A DNA stretch of 63,874 nt, the filler included, from Kipferlia bialata (Eukaryota): the NCBI GenBank assembly GCA_003568945.1. It is 6 parts of 6 records of this genome, joined end to end, with 100 filler letters (N's around TTAATTAATTAA, not from the genome) between each part and the next. Parts side by side here need not be neighbours in the genome. Positions count along the whole stretch, not along the records: positions 21,351 to 31,915 come from BDIP01001405.1; positions 32,016 to 42,573 come from BDIP01001406.1; 4 more parts are not named here. One strand, 5' to 3'. The notes beneath the pieces are model-generated. The model did no database searches. It saw nothing but the letters and a program-made list of their open reading frames with translations, and was not told the DNA's origin. Made by a program: the position numbers and the translations under genes. Positions 26,019 through 40,130 of the stretch are shown here, piece by piece. Within the stretch, counting starts at the first letter, position 1; the number at the start of each line of letters is the position of its first letter.

Positions 26019-26517
26019 TTTCATATATGTATGTATGTGTGTACTATATTCTGACTGCAGATCTATGCCAGAGACTATGTCTCTGTGTACATGTCCCTAA
26101 GTACCCATATTCTCTCTCTCTCTCTATCCATATATTTATATATTAATTTATATATAAATATCATACTGACCCTAGATCTATGCCGGGGACTATGTCTCTC
26201 TCTCTCTCTCTCTCTCTCTGTATATATATATATATATATATATACAAGTCTTACTCCAGATCTATGCCGGGGACTATGTCTCTGTCTACGTGTCCCCCAA
26301 GTACCCCAATGGTGACCCAATATGCAGTGTGATAGACTGGGTAGAGGGTGCTACCAGTGTCAGTGATGATCTAACCCTTGTGGCGCCAACTACTGTGCAG
26401 GTATTGTATATGTATTAATTAATATAGTATAGTATATATACCCTATATAGACTGGGTAGAGGGTGCAACGACAGATACACTCAGTATAGTGGTCCCAACC
26501 ACGGTGCAGGTACAATT

Positions 26518-26549
<32 letters not shown>

Positions 26550-29025
26550 GTATATATAGTATATATAGTATATATATATATATATATATATAGTATATAT
26601 AGTATATATACACTCAGTATAGTGGTCCCTACCACGGTGCAGGTACGCTGTATACTAGAGTATCCTAGTATATACTACTACCCATGTATACTTTAGTGTA
26701 TATTTACTCACGCCACTCTGACCCCAGATATTCACCTCCCTCCGTGTGGGTTTCACTCTGTATACTTGTTCATATGTTATATAGAGTATATACTATCAAG
26801 ATACTATTCCTGTTATCAATTACTCTATACTCACCTCCAGATCTGCACCTCTCTGCGTGTGGGTGTCACCCTGTACTCTGAGGAGTGTACACTCATCACA
26901 GTGGCTGATATAGTGACAGGTATGAGTGTATATATATATAGATAGATAGATGTAGTAGAGAGTATACATACACGTATATATATATATACTCTGTACTCTG
27001 AGGAGTGTACCCTGATATCAGTGGTAGACATAGTGACAGGTATGTACACATGTGTAGTATTCAATTACTAATGTGTCTTACCCCATTGTATATAGATATG
27101 TATGTATCCCTCCTTATTCCAGCTGTCGTGTCCACCTCTAGGTCCGATCTGATCAGCGCAGTCCTGGGGGCAGTTGAACCAGGTGGTGTATATGTATAGG
27201 ATATAGTGTATATATAGTATATACATATATATATAGTATATACATATATATATATATTATATTATATATGATATATATATGCAGAGTGACCTGATCAGTG
27301 CAGTCCTGGGGGCAGTGGATCCAGGTATTATATATGTATGTAGTATGTCTATATAGTGTATAAATATATATACACTGTATATATATATAGATGCTGAGTG
27401 ATCTGATCAGTGCAGTCCTGGGGGCAGTGGATCCAGGGATATCCAAGTACACCCTATATAGAGGCATCTCATTTGCATACATGCCCTTATAGTCGTACTT
27501 CATATATATTTATATATATAATATTTTTATACTACTATATATATAGTATATATATATACTACTATATATATAGTATATATATACTACTATATACTATATA
27601 TACTATGTATACTGTATATACTATATATACTCTATATACTATATATATATTACTATATATATATATATATATATATGTGTATATATATACTATCAGAGAG
27701 TGGCTGGACTCCTATTTGTATGTGTATTGTATCTATCTACCTCTTCTAACTGTCAGAGAGTGAGCTAGACCCCTTATTGGGCTAGACCTGATCCAATGTA
27801 TATATATTTATATGAGTGTATATCTCTCTACCTCTAACTTAACTAGAAACTGAGTTAGACCCTTTGTTGGGCTGGACCTATGCCGGGGATGGCACCTTCC
27901 TGGGGCTAGTGAGACACACGGCATACGGTGTAGTTAGTGATGATCCAACAGTAGTACCTGAGGTATCACACTGTTATTATACACTCTGTGAATTTGATTA
28001 TTCATATGCATACTCTAAGTGTCTGAGGAACGTATGTGTTCTGCAAGCCTGTATACGTGCATGTGTATTATCATCTGACACCAGGTTGAGCTGACTGTTG
28101 GTGTCAGACTGCTGGTTTCGTATACTGTAGCATACTATATATGTTCCACATAGAATTATCACGATTGTACTATNNNNNNNNNNNNNNNNNNNNNNNTGTT
28201 CCACATAGAATTATCACGATTGTACTATGCCTATGGTAACTACACATATTCCTATATAGTTTCTAATGGACAGGTCGAGCTGACTGTGGGTGTCAGACTG
28301 CTGGTTCCGTATACCGTATATGTTCCATGTGTATATACCATGTATGTTGTATTATATATATATATATGATCTGACACCAGGTCGAGCTGACTGTTGGTGT
28401 CAGACTGCTGGGGGAGGGGGAGGTGCTCAGTGAGGACGACGGAGGTACAGCATATATGTGTATATATGGATTGTGTGATATGTATGTATGAAAGAGTACG
28501 TGTATAGTAGATACCTGTGAGAGGGCGTACTCAGTGAGGACGACGGAGCTATATTATGTATCAGTACAGTGTGACATAGTAATGATTGTGATATAGTATA
28601 TACTAATTCTGTATGAAAGAGTACGTGTATCGTAGATACCTGGGAGAGGGTGAGGTGCTCAGTGAGGACGACGGAGGTACATACACAGTGTATATATGTA
28701 TTATGTGATATAGTACATATATATATGGTAAATATGATGATACACAACAGTCAGGACGACGGAGGTACAGTATACATCAAGATAGTGTTATAATTACAAT
28801 GTATCATTACAATACGAATAGTATGTATGGTCTAGTAGTGAGGATGATGGAGGTACATATAGTAATCAGTTGTATAACTACACCTGTGAACCAAGGTTCC
28901 TCTGTCTGTCTCTCTCTCTATATATATGTGTGTATGTATGTATACTACTGTATACTAACCCAATAGGCCTATCCTCCCATGGCACCCCCGAGTTCCATGA
29001 TCTATCTATCTCTCTTCTCTCTCTC

Positions 29026-29067
<42 letters not shown>

Positions 29068-31915
29068 ATGTATACTAACCTCTAGGCCTGTCTTCCCATG
29101 GCACCCCCGAGTTCCATGCTGTGTGGCCTCTCCTTCCCTCTGTGCCATCAGCTGAGACTAGTACATTCAGGTATATATATGTTTATACTTTGTGTATATA
29201 TATAGACTGTCTACATATACAAGCATTTACTAGTGCCAGCAGTGTGGCCTCTCCTGCCCTCTATGCCATCGCCAGAGACTAGTACATTCAGGTATGTATA
29301 TATATTTTTATATATCTATATCTATATATATTGTACACGCATGTACTACTGTGATGTGTGGCCTCTCCTACCCTCTGTGCCATCACCTGAGACCAGTACA
29401 TTTAGGTATATGTATACTTTGTGCGTATGGTGTATGTATAGCAGTATATATAACCCCAGCATAGACATATCCACCCCCATCAATGCCTTCCTGTCCATCT
29501 ATGCAGACAATCATATATATGCAGACATATATAGCATTAACACCAGCATTGATATTGATACCCCCGTTGACCCCTCCACCCCCCTGTCCATCTATGCATG
29601 TCTATATAGTGTATATGTATATATACATGGCACTAACACTAGTATTGATGTCACTACTCCTGTTGACCCCTCCACCCCCCTGTCCATCTATGCATGTCTA
29701 CATATATAGTGTATATGTATTCCTTGCTTTCTTACCCGTAGTATAGACGTATCAACACCCGTAGACCCCTCCACCCCCCTGTCCATCTATGCAGGTGCCA
29801 GTACCATAGATGTGTCCACTGTACTGAGGGACCAGTACAGCAATGTGTGCTCAGTGATGAGTAATAGGCCGCCTCTCATGGATGAGGTATTATTATAGTA
29901 TATATATAGTATATAGTATATCTCCCCTAATGGACGAGGTATTATTGTAGTATATATATACACGTGTATATGAGTACAGCAATGTGTGCTCGGTCGTGAG
30001 TAACAGACCACCCCTGATGGACGAGGTATACATATAGATATATATATATATACGAGGTATATATCTGTGTATTAGTATTAATACATACATACATATATAT
30101 ATATATACATATATGAGTACAGCAATGTGTGCTCGGTCATGAGTACCAGACCTCCGTTGATGGATGAGGTGTGTACTCTCTGCTTGTCTCTCTCTCTAGC
30201 TTCATATATATATACATATACATATACCTCTCATCTTCAGGTAGCTTCTGCCTCCCTCGGCCCCTCTGTGTCTGTATCAACCTATAGATACACCCCATCG
30301 GAGACTGAGGGAGAGAGTGGCACTATAGGGGACACGGCACTGTCCTCCTTAGTATTGAGTTCGGCAGATGCGTTGTCTGATACCAAGGTTAGTTTCACAT
30401 GTATAGTACTTGTACTCTCTATATATCTATCTATATATATATATATCTTGTAGGTATGCGGTATAGTTATACTCGCTATATATACACTCACAGTATTATG
30501 AATGCGTATATAGTATCTAACGAGTCAGGTCCCCACCAGTGTGCTTAACTACTACACCACTGTGGCAACATCAGTATATAGTATATATACATATTATATA
30601 TATATGAGTGTGTGTGTGTATATATACCAACCCCTAGGTCCCGAACAGTGTGCTTGACTACTACACCACTGTGGCAGCTGATAATATGCGTATATTTATA
30701 CATATTGTATATAGTGTATATACTTATTCCTCTATACATTTATACTTTGTTACTTACCCTAGATACCTACGAGTGTGCTTGACTACTACACCACTGTGGC
30801 AGCTGACAATGGGTCACTCACTGTCACGGGGGACCTGGTGCTTAAGGTGAGTAATACCCAATAGTTAGCATCATTGTAATATTATAGGATATATTACATT
30901 ATGTGTCTTGACATTTGACAATGGGTCATTGACAGTGACAGGGGACCTAGTGTTGAAGGTATATGACATATAAGCAGCAATCTCTATATAGCTATCATTG
31001 TTCAAGATACTATGGGCATATATACGACAGCTGACAAAGGCTTTCTCACGGTCGCAGGAGGCCTTTGTAATTGAGTAACGTCATGTGGTGGAATATGCAT
31101 ATGAGTATTTGTAATATGTATGTATGTATAGGTGTTTATATGTGCTATTTCTTACCCTCCAGGCCTATATGAACGCGGAGTCCTTCACCGACGACCTAGA
31201 TGCAGACATATCATCAGACGTCGTGTCTGTCCTGCCAGGCTCAGCAGATACCTCCACAAGCACATTCTATATAGCACAGAGCGGGGTGGCCGGTGCCTAT
31301 ATAGACATATACACGGTGCTACGCGATGGGTACTCTAACGCCTTGCTCTCTGTGACCAGTGAGGTATCCTCTGTGTCGGTGTTGGTAGATGGCGTAGGGG
31401 CTACACCTGTGTCCTCTGAGGCTGTTGACAATGACGACCTGGTGCCGGACAGCAGTGCCACTGTGGTTGTGCATACTATACTGCAGATAGACACAGTTGG
31501 TACCTACAGTGTGTCTGTGACATACGGGGGAGTGGCACTAGGTATTCATACATTGATACTGATACATCGTAGATACACATTCGGCCATACAGTATAGCAA
31601 CTCTCTATACTGCATATGTATACTATATATTTATAATATGTATATACTCACCCGATTTATATAGTAATATATATATACAGTATATTAATTCTCACCCTAG
31701 GTGCTGTTGACATTGACTCTGGTACTGCATGGAACACTGCCGCCTATGTAGATATATATTCTATATATGCTATGTACTATATACATATATACACTCACAC
31801 CAGATGCTGTCGATCTAGATAGTGGCACCCCCTGGACCACTGCCTCTGCCTCCTACGTCGTGTACTCCAGCTCAGTCAATGCCCAGATGTCCACATTCTG
31901 TATAGGGTGTGAATC
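21510..31915 (+). CDS. Large beta-rich, acidic Ser/Thr-rich protein with filamin/Ig-like repeats (partial)
   Basis: Recurrent motifs DIVDIFGNP, VLRDQYSN and VLRDGYSN, plus GTYSVSVTYGG, typical of filamin-type Ig folds. Longest exon ~31163-31541. Confidence 0.6.
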
Positions 31916-32317
31916 NNNNNNNNNNNNNNNNNNNNNNNNNNNNNNNNNNNNNNNNNNNNTTAATTAATTAANNNNNNNNNNNNNNNNNNNNNNNNNNNNN
32001 NNNNNNNNNNNNNNNTCCATTTTCCCTCCCCCCCCCCCCCCCCCCCCCCCCCTCACGTAACTATTTGTATATTTCTCCTCCAGTTTACCTCACTTCTTAC
32101 TGTATCCCCCACCCCCTCTTCCCCTGTCTTACTCCAGGAGATAGCTGATCTCATGTTCCCCTAATCTTTGTGATATATATATGTGTATATATATACCGGT
32201 ATCATGTGCATCCATCCTGCCATTCTTACCTCTTCATTCTTACCTCTCCCCCTGTCTCTTTCTCTCTATCGCTCCCCTTTCATTCTTGTATTCTCTCTCT
32301 CCCCCTGTCTTACCCCA

Positions 32318-32679
32318 GGAGATAGCCGATCTCAAGAGGATAGATGCATTCCTAGGCATCTTTGAGATGATTGGAAGGTATGTATTGAGAGTGTGTAGTA
32401 ACTCTAGATATATGTATTACTTAAGATACTTGTATGTGGGTAACCGAATCCCCTAGGGAGAGACTTGATGCCATTCCCAGGCTATATAGTGTGGTGTCTA
32501 TGTCTATATGTGTCTATAGAATCTAACCACTAGGGAGAGACTTGGTGCCATCCAGAGACATATATATATGATACCATACATAATCCATATGGTTATATAT
32601 GTGTGTTTATATACTATGATGCTTGTAATACCCCAGGGAGAGACTTGGTGCCATCCAGAGACACGTATATGTGATAGAG

Positions 32680-32714
<35 letters not shown>

Positions 32715-33399
32715 CCACATATGTATATATGTAGTCTAACCTTAGGGAGAGACTTGGTGCCATCCAGAGACGGTTCAAGATGGCACCGAAGCAACAGCTG
32801 GATCTGCTGGAGGTAAGCCTGTGTGTTAACTGTTCCATGGTCTCTTTATCCTCCCTACCCCGTTCGTACGTCAGTCCTTATTCTGTGTCCCCCCCCCCCC
32901 CCTTCCTCCTCTCTGTCTCTCTCTACGTTAATATTCTAACCCCCCCAGTTTGTGTATGCTGTCATCAGTGTCATCTCTCTGTCTCTCCCCTCTCTCTAGA
33001 AGTATATGTATCCATATATCTATATACCTAGTCTCACCCCCAGTTTGTGTATGCAGTCATCAGTGTCACACACCCAGACCTCAACATGCAGGAGAGGATA
33101 GGTATGAGACGATTTACTCTATAGGATCATATATATATAGTGCATTTAGTGTGTGTTTGACTCTATGCCTGACCAGGAGAGGGAGGGTGTACATCTATCC
33201 TTCAGCTTTCTAGAATGTTGGTATTTACGAAATCATCTACTCCATTCACCCCCAGGTCGTGACAAGCAGGAGATGGTGGCTGTACTCTGTGAGCTGTACC
33301 AGGAGATGGACCCAAGTGAGTGTACTAGTTCGATCTCTCTCTCTCTCTCTTTGTCTCCACCCCTATATATCTTTCCCCCAGCCAATGACCAGGCCGTGA

Positions 33400-33436
<37 letters not shown>

Positions 33437-34936
33437 CCCCCCCTCACCCCCAGCCAATGACCAGGCTGTGACTGCCGAGGACTTCACCTCCCTCATGATT
33501 GACATGACCAGTGTCGAGGACTCACTGGGTATGATAACGGATCGCTTGTGTTCTCTCTCTGTGTGTGTGTGTTTGTTCACATATGTCCCACTCCCTCCCC
33601 CTCTCATCCCCAGACAATGAGAACAGGTTCATCGACCCTGTCAAGCCGATACCCCTACCTGTTGTGTCTGCCGTGACCCCATCCAGTGCCCTGATACATT
33701 ATGTGTCACAGTTGGATGCTGATATGCCAGGTATGCACATGTGTAGGATTGTTGTCATAAATGTACTCTGCAGTCTCTCTAACCCCTCAGCCAGCAGACA
33801 GAAGTCTGAGCAGATTGACTCCATTGCCCCAGACATGACGGCCTTGATACTGCTACCTGCTAACAATGGGAACATATACGTGCTGTCAGGTATTGAGAAC
33901 ATACCCTCCCGTAGTTCTTAGCACTCGTTATGTCAGTATTGTTCCCACCTCACTACATACGCATTCCTCTTTACCCATCTCAAAGAAAGATTGATATGCC
34001 GTTATGTATCCATTTTTATATACTGTATCTCCGTATGTATTCTTACGTCCCAGATGAGTTCAAGCTGAGGCGCACCCTGAGTGGTGGACACACATCAGCC
34101 GTGGCCACAGTGTGCAGGCTGAGGTATTATTGTTAATACCATATTCATAATATAGTACATATGGTGTAATAGTATTATTAGTCTCTATCTCTCTCTCTAA
34201 CCCTCAGAGGTGACAAGACCCCCCGCCCCTCCGATGAGGTCATGAGGACAGTGGCACCTGATGCATCAAGCATCTTTACCCATCAGGATGAAGGTACGAT
34301 AGACTATGAGTATTCACACTCGAGTATCCAGACTGAATATCTCTATCTTACTGTATTCTCTTATTTGTACTCTTCTAATACATCGATATATTATCGTATC
34401 AGAGTTATATATCTATGTGTCTCTCTCTTCTAACCCCCCAGCCAAAGAGTTCTCCCGTGACTGCATCTCTCTATCTCTTACACACTCGTTCCCTTATGTA
34501 TTATATATATATATATATATTCTTACCCCCAGCCAAGGAGTTCTCCCGTGACTGCATAGTGTCCTCAGGCACAGACTCCAGACTCACAATCTGGGAGTGC
34601 GGGATCAGGTACATACGTGTATATATATGTGTGTGTGTGTATTCTCTTTGCGGATCTCTGTGTATTCAGTTTCTACTTGCACCCTATCTCACCTGTCAGG
34701 CAGAGCCAGTATCAGTATCAGTATCAGTATATCCCAATATCCCTATATGTATATATATATTTATACATAGTAGTATCAATATATCTCACCTGTCAGGCAG
34801 AGCCAGAACCCCATGATTGCGTCATTCCCACTCAGTGAGGTATGGATATAGTAGCATATATATATATACACAGATACATTACAATCCTTCACAGCTAGGT
34901 CTTTCTCACCATTTTCTATTTGTCCTTGGTCTTAGA

Positions 34937-34967
<31 letters not shown>

Positions 34968-37615
34968 ATACATAGAGATTAGTAATCATTCATATATATA
35001 TGTGTGTATACTAATCTATAGGTCATCCTCACCATGTCCCCTTGGCATCAGATCTCTCTCTCTCTATATATATATATGTAAATATAATTATGAATTAGAA
35101 TATACTTATATCCTAGGTCATCCTCACCATGTCCCCTGCCCTTGGCCTTAGATATGTCAAGGACGCAGTGAGTCACAGGAATGTGTTCCTAACAGGAGAC
35201 ACAGGTATGGGATATTTACTATATTTGTGTGTATATATTTATAGGTATACATGCTCTTGGCTTACCCTTCAGGCGGATACCTCTCTGGCTATGTGCTGTC
35301 TGAGACTGCCAGACCATATTTGTATTGAACACATATTTATATACGGCTATATAAGTCTAAGTGTATTCTCTATATGTACTTAGCTCACACTCTAGGCGGA
35401 TACCTCTCTGGCTATGCCCTGTCTGAGACTGCCAGACCCATCCAGCTGTTCAGTGTCAAGGCTCACAACACATGGGTATGTGGAGTGTATGTNNNNNNNN
35501 NNNNNNNNNNNNNNNNNNNNNNNNNNNNNNNNNNNNNNNNNNNNNNNNNNNNNNNNNNNNNNNNNNNNNNNNNNNNNTTATAGTACTAGTACCATCCAGC
35601 TGTTCAGTGTCAAGGCTCACAACACATGGGTACGTAGAGTGTATGTATATAGTTAGGTATATGTATGTATAGATATATAGTACTAGTACCATCCAGCTGT
35701 TCAGTGTCAAGGCACACAACACATGGGTATGTACATGTATGCATATATAGCTCACTCTCACACTCTCTATGTCAGATGTATACCCTCACCCCTAGGTCTC
35801 CGTTGTGTACTACATCCCCTCTGTACCATGTGCTCTCTCTCTCTCTCTCTCTCTCCCTCTCTCTTTCTCTCTCTGTCCATATACCTAACTAACCCCCAGG
35901 TCTCTGTGGTGTACTACATCCCCTCTGTGCCATGTGCTGTCACAGGCTCATACGACGGAGAGCTCAAGCGTACGTAGTTGAGTATTTACTATACTGTTCT
36001 TCATACCATTATTGTATTAAACAGTCCCTCCTCTATTTGTAGTTTGTGCGTTCTTATATTGTTATTACCTTCTTTTCACTCCAGTCTGGGACCTGTCCAA
36101 CCTTTCCCATCTCTCTCTCTCTCTCTCTCTGTATATATATGTCTCACCCCAGTGTGGGACCTGTCCAACCTGTCCTGCCATATTTTTCTCTCTCTCTCTC
36201 TCTGTCTCTCTCTCTCACACTTTTTATGTATCCTGACTCCAGTGTGGGACCTGTCCAACCTGTCCTGTCGTGACTCGTATCTCTTTCTCTTTCTCTCTCT
36301 CTCTGTCTCTCTCTCTCTCTCTATTCATATATCTCCTGACTCCAGTCTGGGACCTGTCCAACCTGTCCTGTCGTGACTCCTTCAAGGCACACTCCAAGAG
36401 TATCACGTGCCTGGCATTCAACCAGAGACTCAAGATCATCATATCAGGTATGATGTATTGTATTAGATTTAAGGAATATATATATATATATATAGAGTAT
36501 GTGATATATAGAGTATGTGATATATATTGCTGCCATTCAACCAGAGACTCAAGATCATCATTTCGGGTGAGTTTAAGATACACGAAGTATGTGTATGAAT
36601 ACGGACATATGAATGTGTTTTGGTTTCTCACTCTAGGCTCTGCCGATAGGACTGTCAAGCTGTGGAACACCTTCTCCTTCAATGATCTCTCTCTCTCTCT
36701 CTCTCTCTCTCCAATTAGTCTCTCATTATAGGCTCTGCTGACAGGACTGTCAAGCTGTGGAACCCCTTCTCCTTCAATGGAGAGATCCAGTGTCTCACAT
36801 CACACGATGGGGCACTGACCGGGCTGTTCTGTCCTGCTGACACGTGCCAGTATCAGGTACTATGCATTGTACCATACTATACTTTCACTTTGTGTCCATA
36901 TATGCATACCTCCTACTTATTCTCAGGGCCTCCCTGTGCCTGCCCTGGAGGCACTGGCTGCATCACCCATCACAGATCTGCTGGTCAGGTACATTATGCA
37001 CACAGCAAACAGTGAATACATGATTATAGTGGGTATATATATGTGAAGAGTATTTGTCAAGATTTGTCGTAGCATTACCCATCACAGACCTCCTGGTCAG
37101 GTATATTGTGTACAATTGAACAGAAGTTCATTGATAGTATAGTAATTACATCCACAGTTTACAATTCATAATTAATACTGTTCCTCACCCCCAGCGTAGA
37201 TGCGTCTGGTCTCATCCAGGCCATGTATATACCATTCATACACTGTCACAGTCATTATTACCCATTGCATTCATATACCTATAGTGGTATATATGTCTCA
37301 CCCCCAGTGTGGATGCGTCTGGTCTCATCCATGTGTGGAACCTGCACCACTCGGCATTCCTCATGCAGGTGTATTCATTCGTAAACTGCTACAGATACTG
37401 ATACATACCTATCTATATTTTTTTATATGTATATACACATATATATATATATATCTGTTATATTTACCTATCTATATGTATCTACCCCCCCACTCGGCAT
37501 TCCTCATGCAGGTGATCTCTCTCTCTCTCTCTCTCTCTCTGTCTGTGTGTGTGTGTGTGTGTGTCTAACCCCTAGACCCTCCGCTTCACCCCTGTGGAAT
37601 CCATGCCCTCCCTGC

Positions 37616-37647
<32 letters not shown>

Positions 37648-39005
37648 AACCCCTAGACCCTCCGCTTCACCCCTGTGGAGTCCATGCCGTCCCTCCCTAT
37701 CTTCGATGACCTCAACAGCAGACTGTCCATCCTGAACAGAAACATATACATCTACAACCTGGGGTCAAGGTATGGGCATATATATATGTAATATATATAG
37801 ATAGATAGATATTTTCCCATCACATACTTATTCATTTACTCATGTGCCAGGTTCCGTCTCCCCCGTGCCTCTGACTACACCATCCAGTGCATGGTGTGCC
37901 ACCCAAGGTAAAGATGTATGTATAGAGTATACATATAGAGTATACAGAGCATGTATATATATAGTATATAGTACGAGAGTCTGACTACACCATCCAGTGC
38001 ATGGTGTGCCACCCAAGGTATGATATATATAGATACATAAATATAATATAATGGAAATGAATACTCGCTTTTCTTTCATCTATTCGGTCACTGACCCCAG
38101 GCTCCCCATTCTGTTTGTGTTCAGTGCCAGCAACTACCAAGTGTGGAACATGCTCAGTGGGCGCTGTTCAGAGATCAGAAGGTATATTAGTTGTATATGA
38201 GCTACTACTATATAATATATAGTAGTGGGGTATACTATATAGTATACTCTATTGTATTAGCACTATATCTACCAAGTGTGGAACATGCTCAGTGGCCGAT
38301 GCAGTGAGATCAGAAGGTATGTGTAGAGTATCATGACACACGAAGTATAACTGTCTATGTGTTGTTTGTTGTTGTCGGTTTTGATCAATATTCTCGCCTC
38401 TGGAGACATTCTCAACTTTGACATCTGACTTGCTGTCGTTATAGGTATATTCATTTCTTGTGTATTTCATCAATATCTGACCCTCAGAGACATTCTGAAC
38501 TGTGACATTGTGGCTGCCAATGTGTCACCAAATGGGTCACTATTGACAGTGGTTGGTGAGTGCATGGTGTATATCCTTCATTCTATGAGTATGGCTTAAT
38601 GTGGCATTGCTTTATAGTGATTGTACATATATCCACGGATCACTACTGACAGTGGTGTGCATAATTAGAGTATTATTGATTATCTCATTCAATATTTGCC
38701 TATGGCTCATGTGTTGCGTTCAATAGGGCATATCATCTCATCCGTTAGGCGGTGACGGCTCTTCCAAGGTCATCAGTCTCTCCTCTGTCACAAATGATAT
38801 TTCATTGATTATACATAATATATTCATTAGGCATGTATTGTATATAGTGTGTATCTCACCCCAGGTGGCGATGGCTCCTCCAAGGTCATCAGCCTGTACT
38901 CCGGCAGAGAGATGGGCCACTTCCTGATATGCCCACATGATCAGGAGAAGAGACGGGACAAGAAGAAGCAGGGTGAGGCATATATACACCCATATTCACT
39001 AATAG

Positions 39006-39046
<41 letters not shown>

Positions 39047-39830
39047 CACATGACCAGGAGAAGAGACGGGACAAGAAGAAGCAGGGTAAGACAGAGGAAG
39101 ACACATACGTTGATATATATATGTATATACATGTACATATATGTATGCCCACATGATCAGGAGAAGAGGAGAGACAAGAAGAAGCAGGGTATGCAGAGTA
39201 AGATATATGTGTATATAAATATGTGTATACATGTACATATTTGTATTCCCACACGACCAGGAGAAGAGACGGGACAAGAAGAAGCAGGGTGAGGCGTATT
39301 ATATCATTTTTTCTTGCTTTTTGCGTGTTATCCTCTCTATACTTGTGGTGTCTCTCTCACCCCCAGGTGCCCTTGACGATGATGAGATCAACGATGCCAT
39401 GGGGCGTATATCGAATATGCTCGAGATGAGCGAGAAGTTCTCATTAGGTAAGATACTCCCTGGACGATAATCACAATCTGTATATATCGATTGTGTATAT
39501 ATCTGTATATACCTTAATCCAACATGCTCGAGATGAGCGAGAAGTTCTCCCTGGGTGAGTTGAAATAGTATCTGTATATCATAAACGCCCACCCACAGAC
39601 AACTATATATGTACACCATTTACCCCCAGGTGACAACGAGTCCCTGGTCGATGCTCTCATTCTCCTTCTCCCTCTCTCTCTTTAGTGTGATGTATATCCA
39701 TTACTAACCCCCAGGTGACAACGAGTCCCTTGCCGAGAAGAGGTCCAAGGAGGGGAGGGGGCAGCACAGGGACGAGGGGCAGGTGTCAGAGGTGGGTAAC
39801 AGTGAGTGTAGTTGTGTATATAGTTATATC

Positions 39831-39876
<46 letters not shown>

Positions 39877-40098
39877 ACAAGGGGCAGCACAGGGACGAGG
39901 GGCAGGTGTCGGAGGTGAGGATACCTCTCTCTATATATATATGTTACTTTCCCTCTAGGTCTTCCTCATTTCTACGACCTCTCTAGACCCCTATCTTCCT
40001 CTCTCTCTCTTTCTCCCCCCTTGTCCCGATATGAATATATATGTACATATAATACAATACTGACCCTAGGCCTCCCTCATCTCCTTCATCGCCATGAC

Positions 40099-40130
<32 letters not shown>
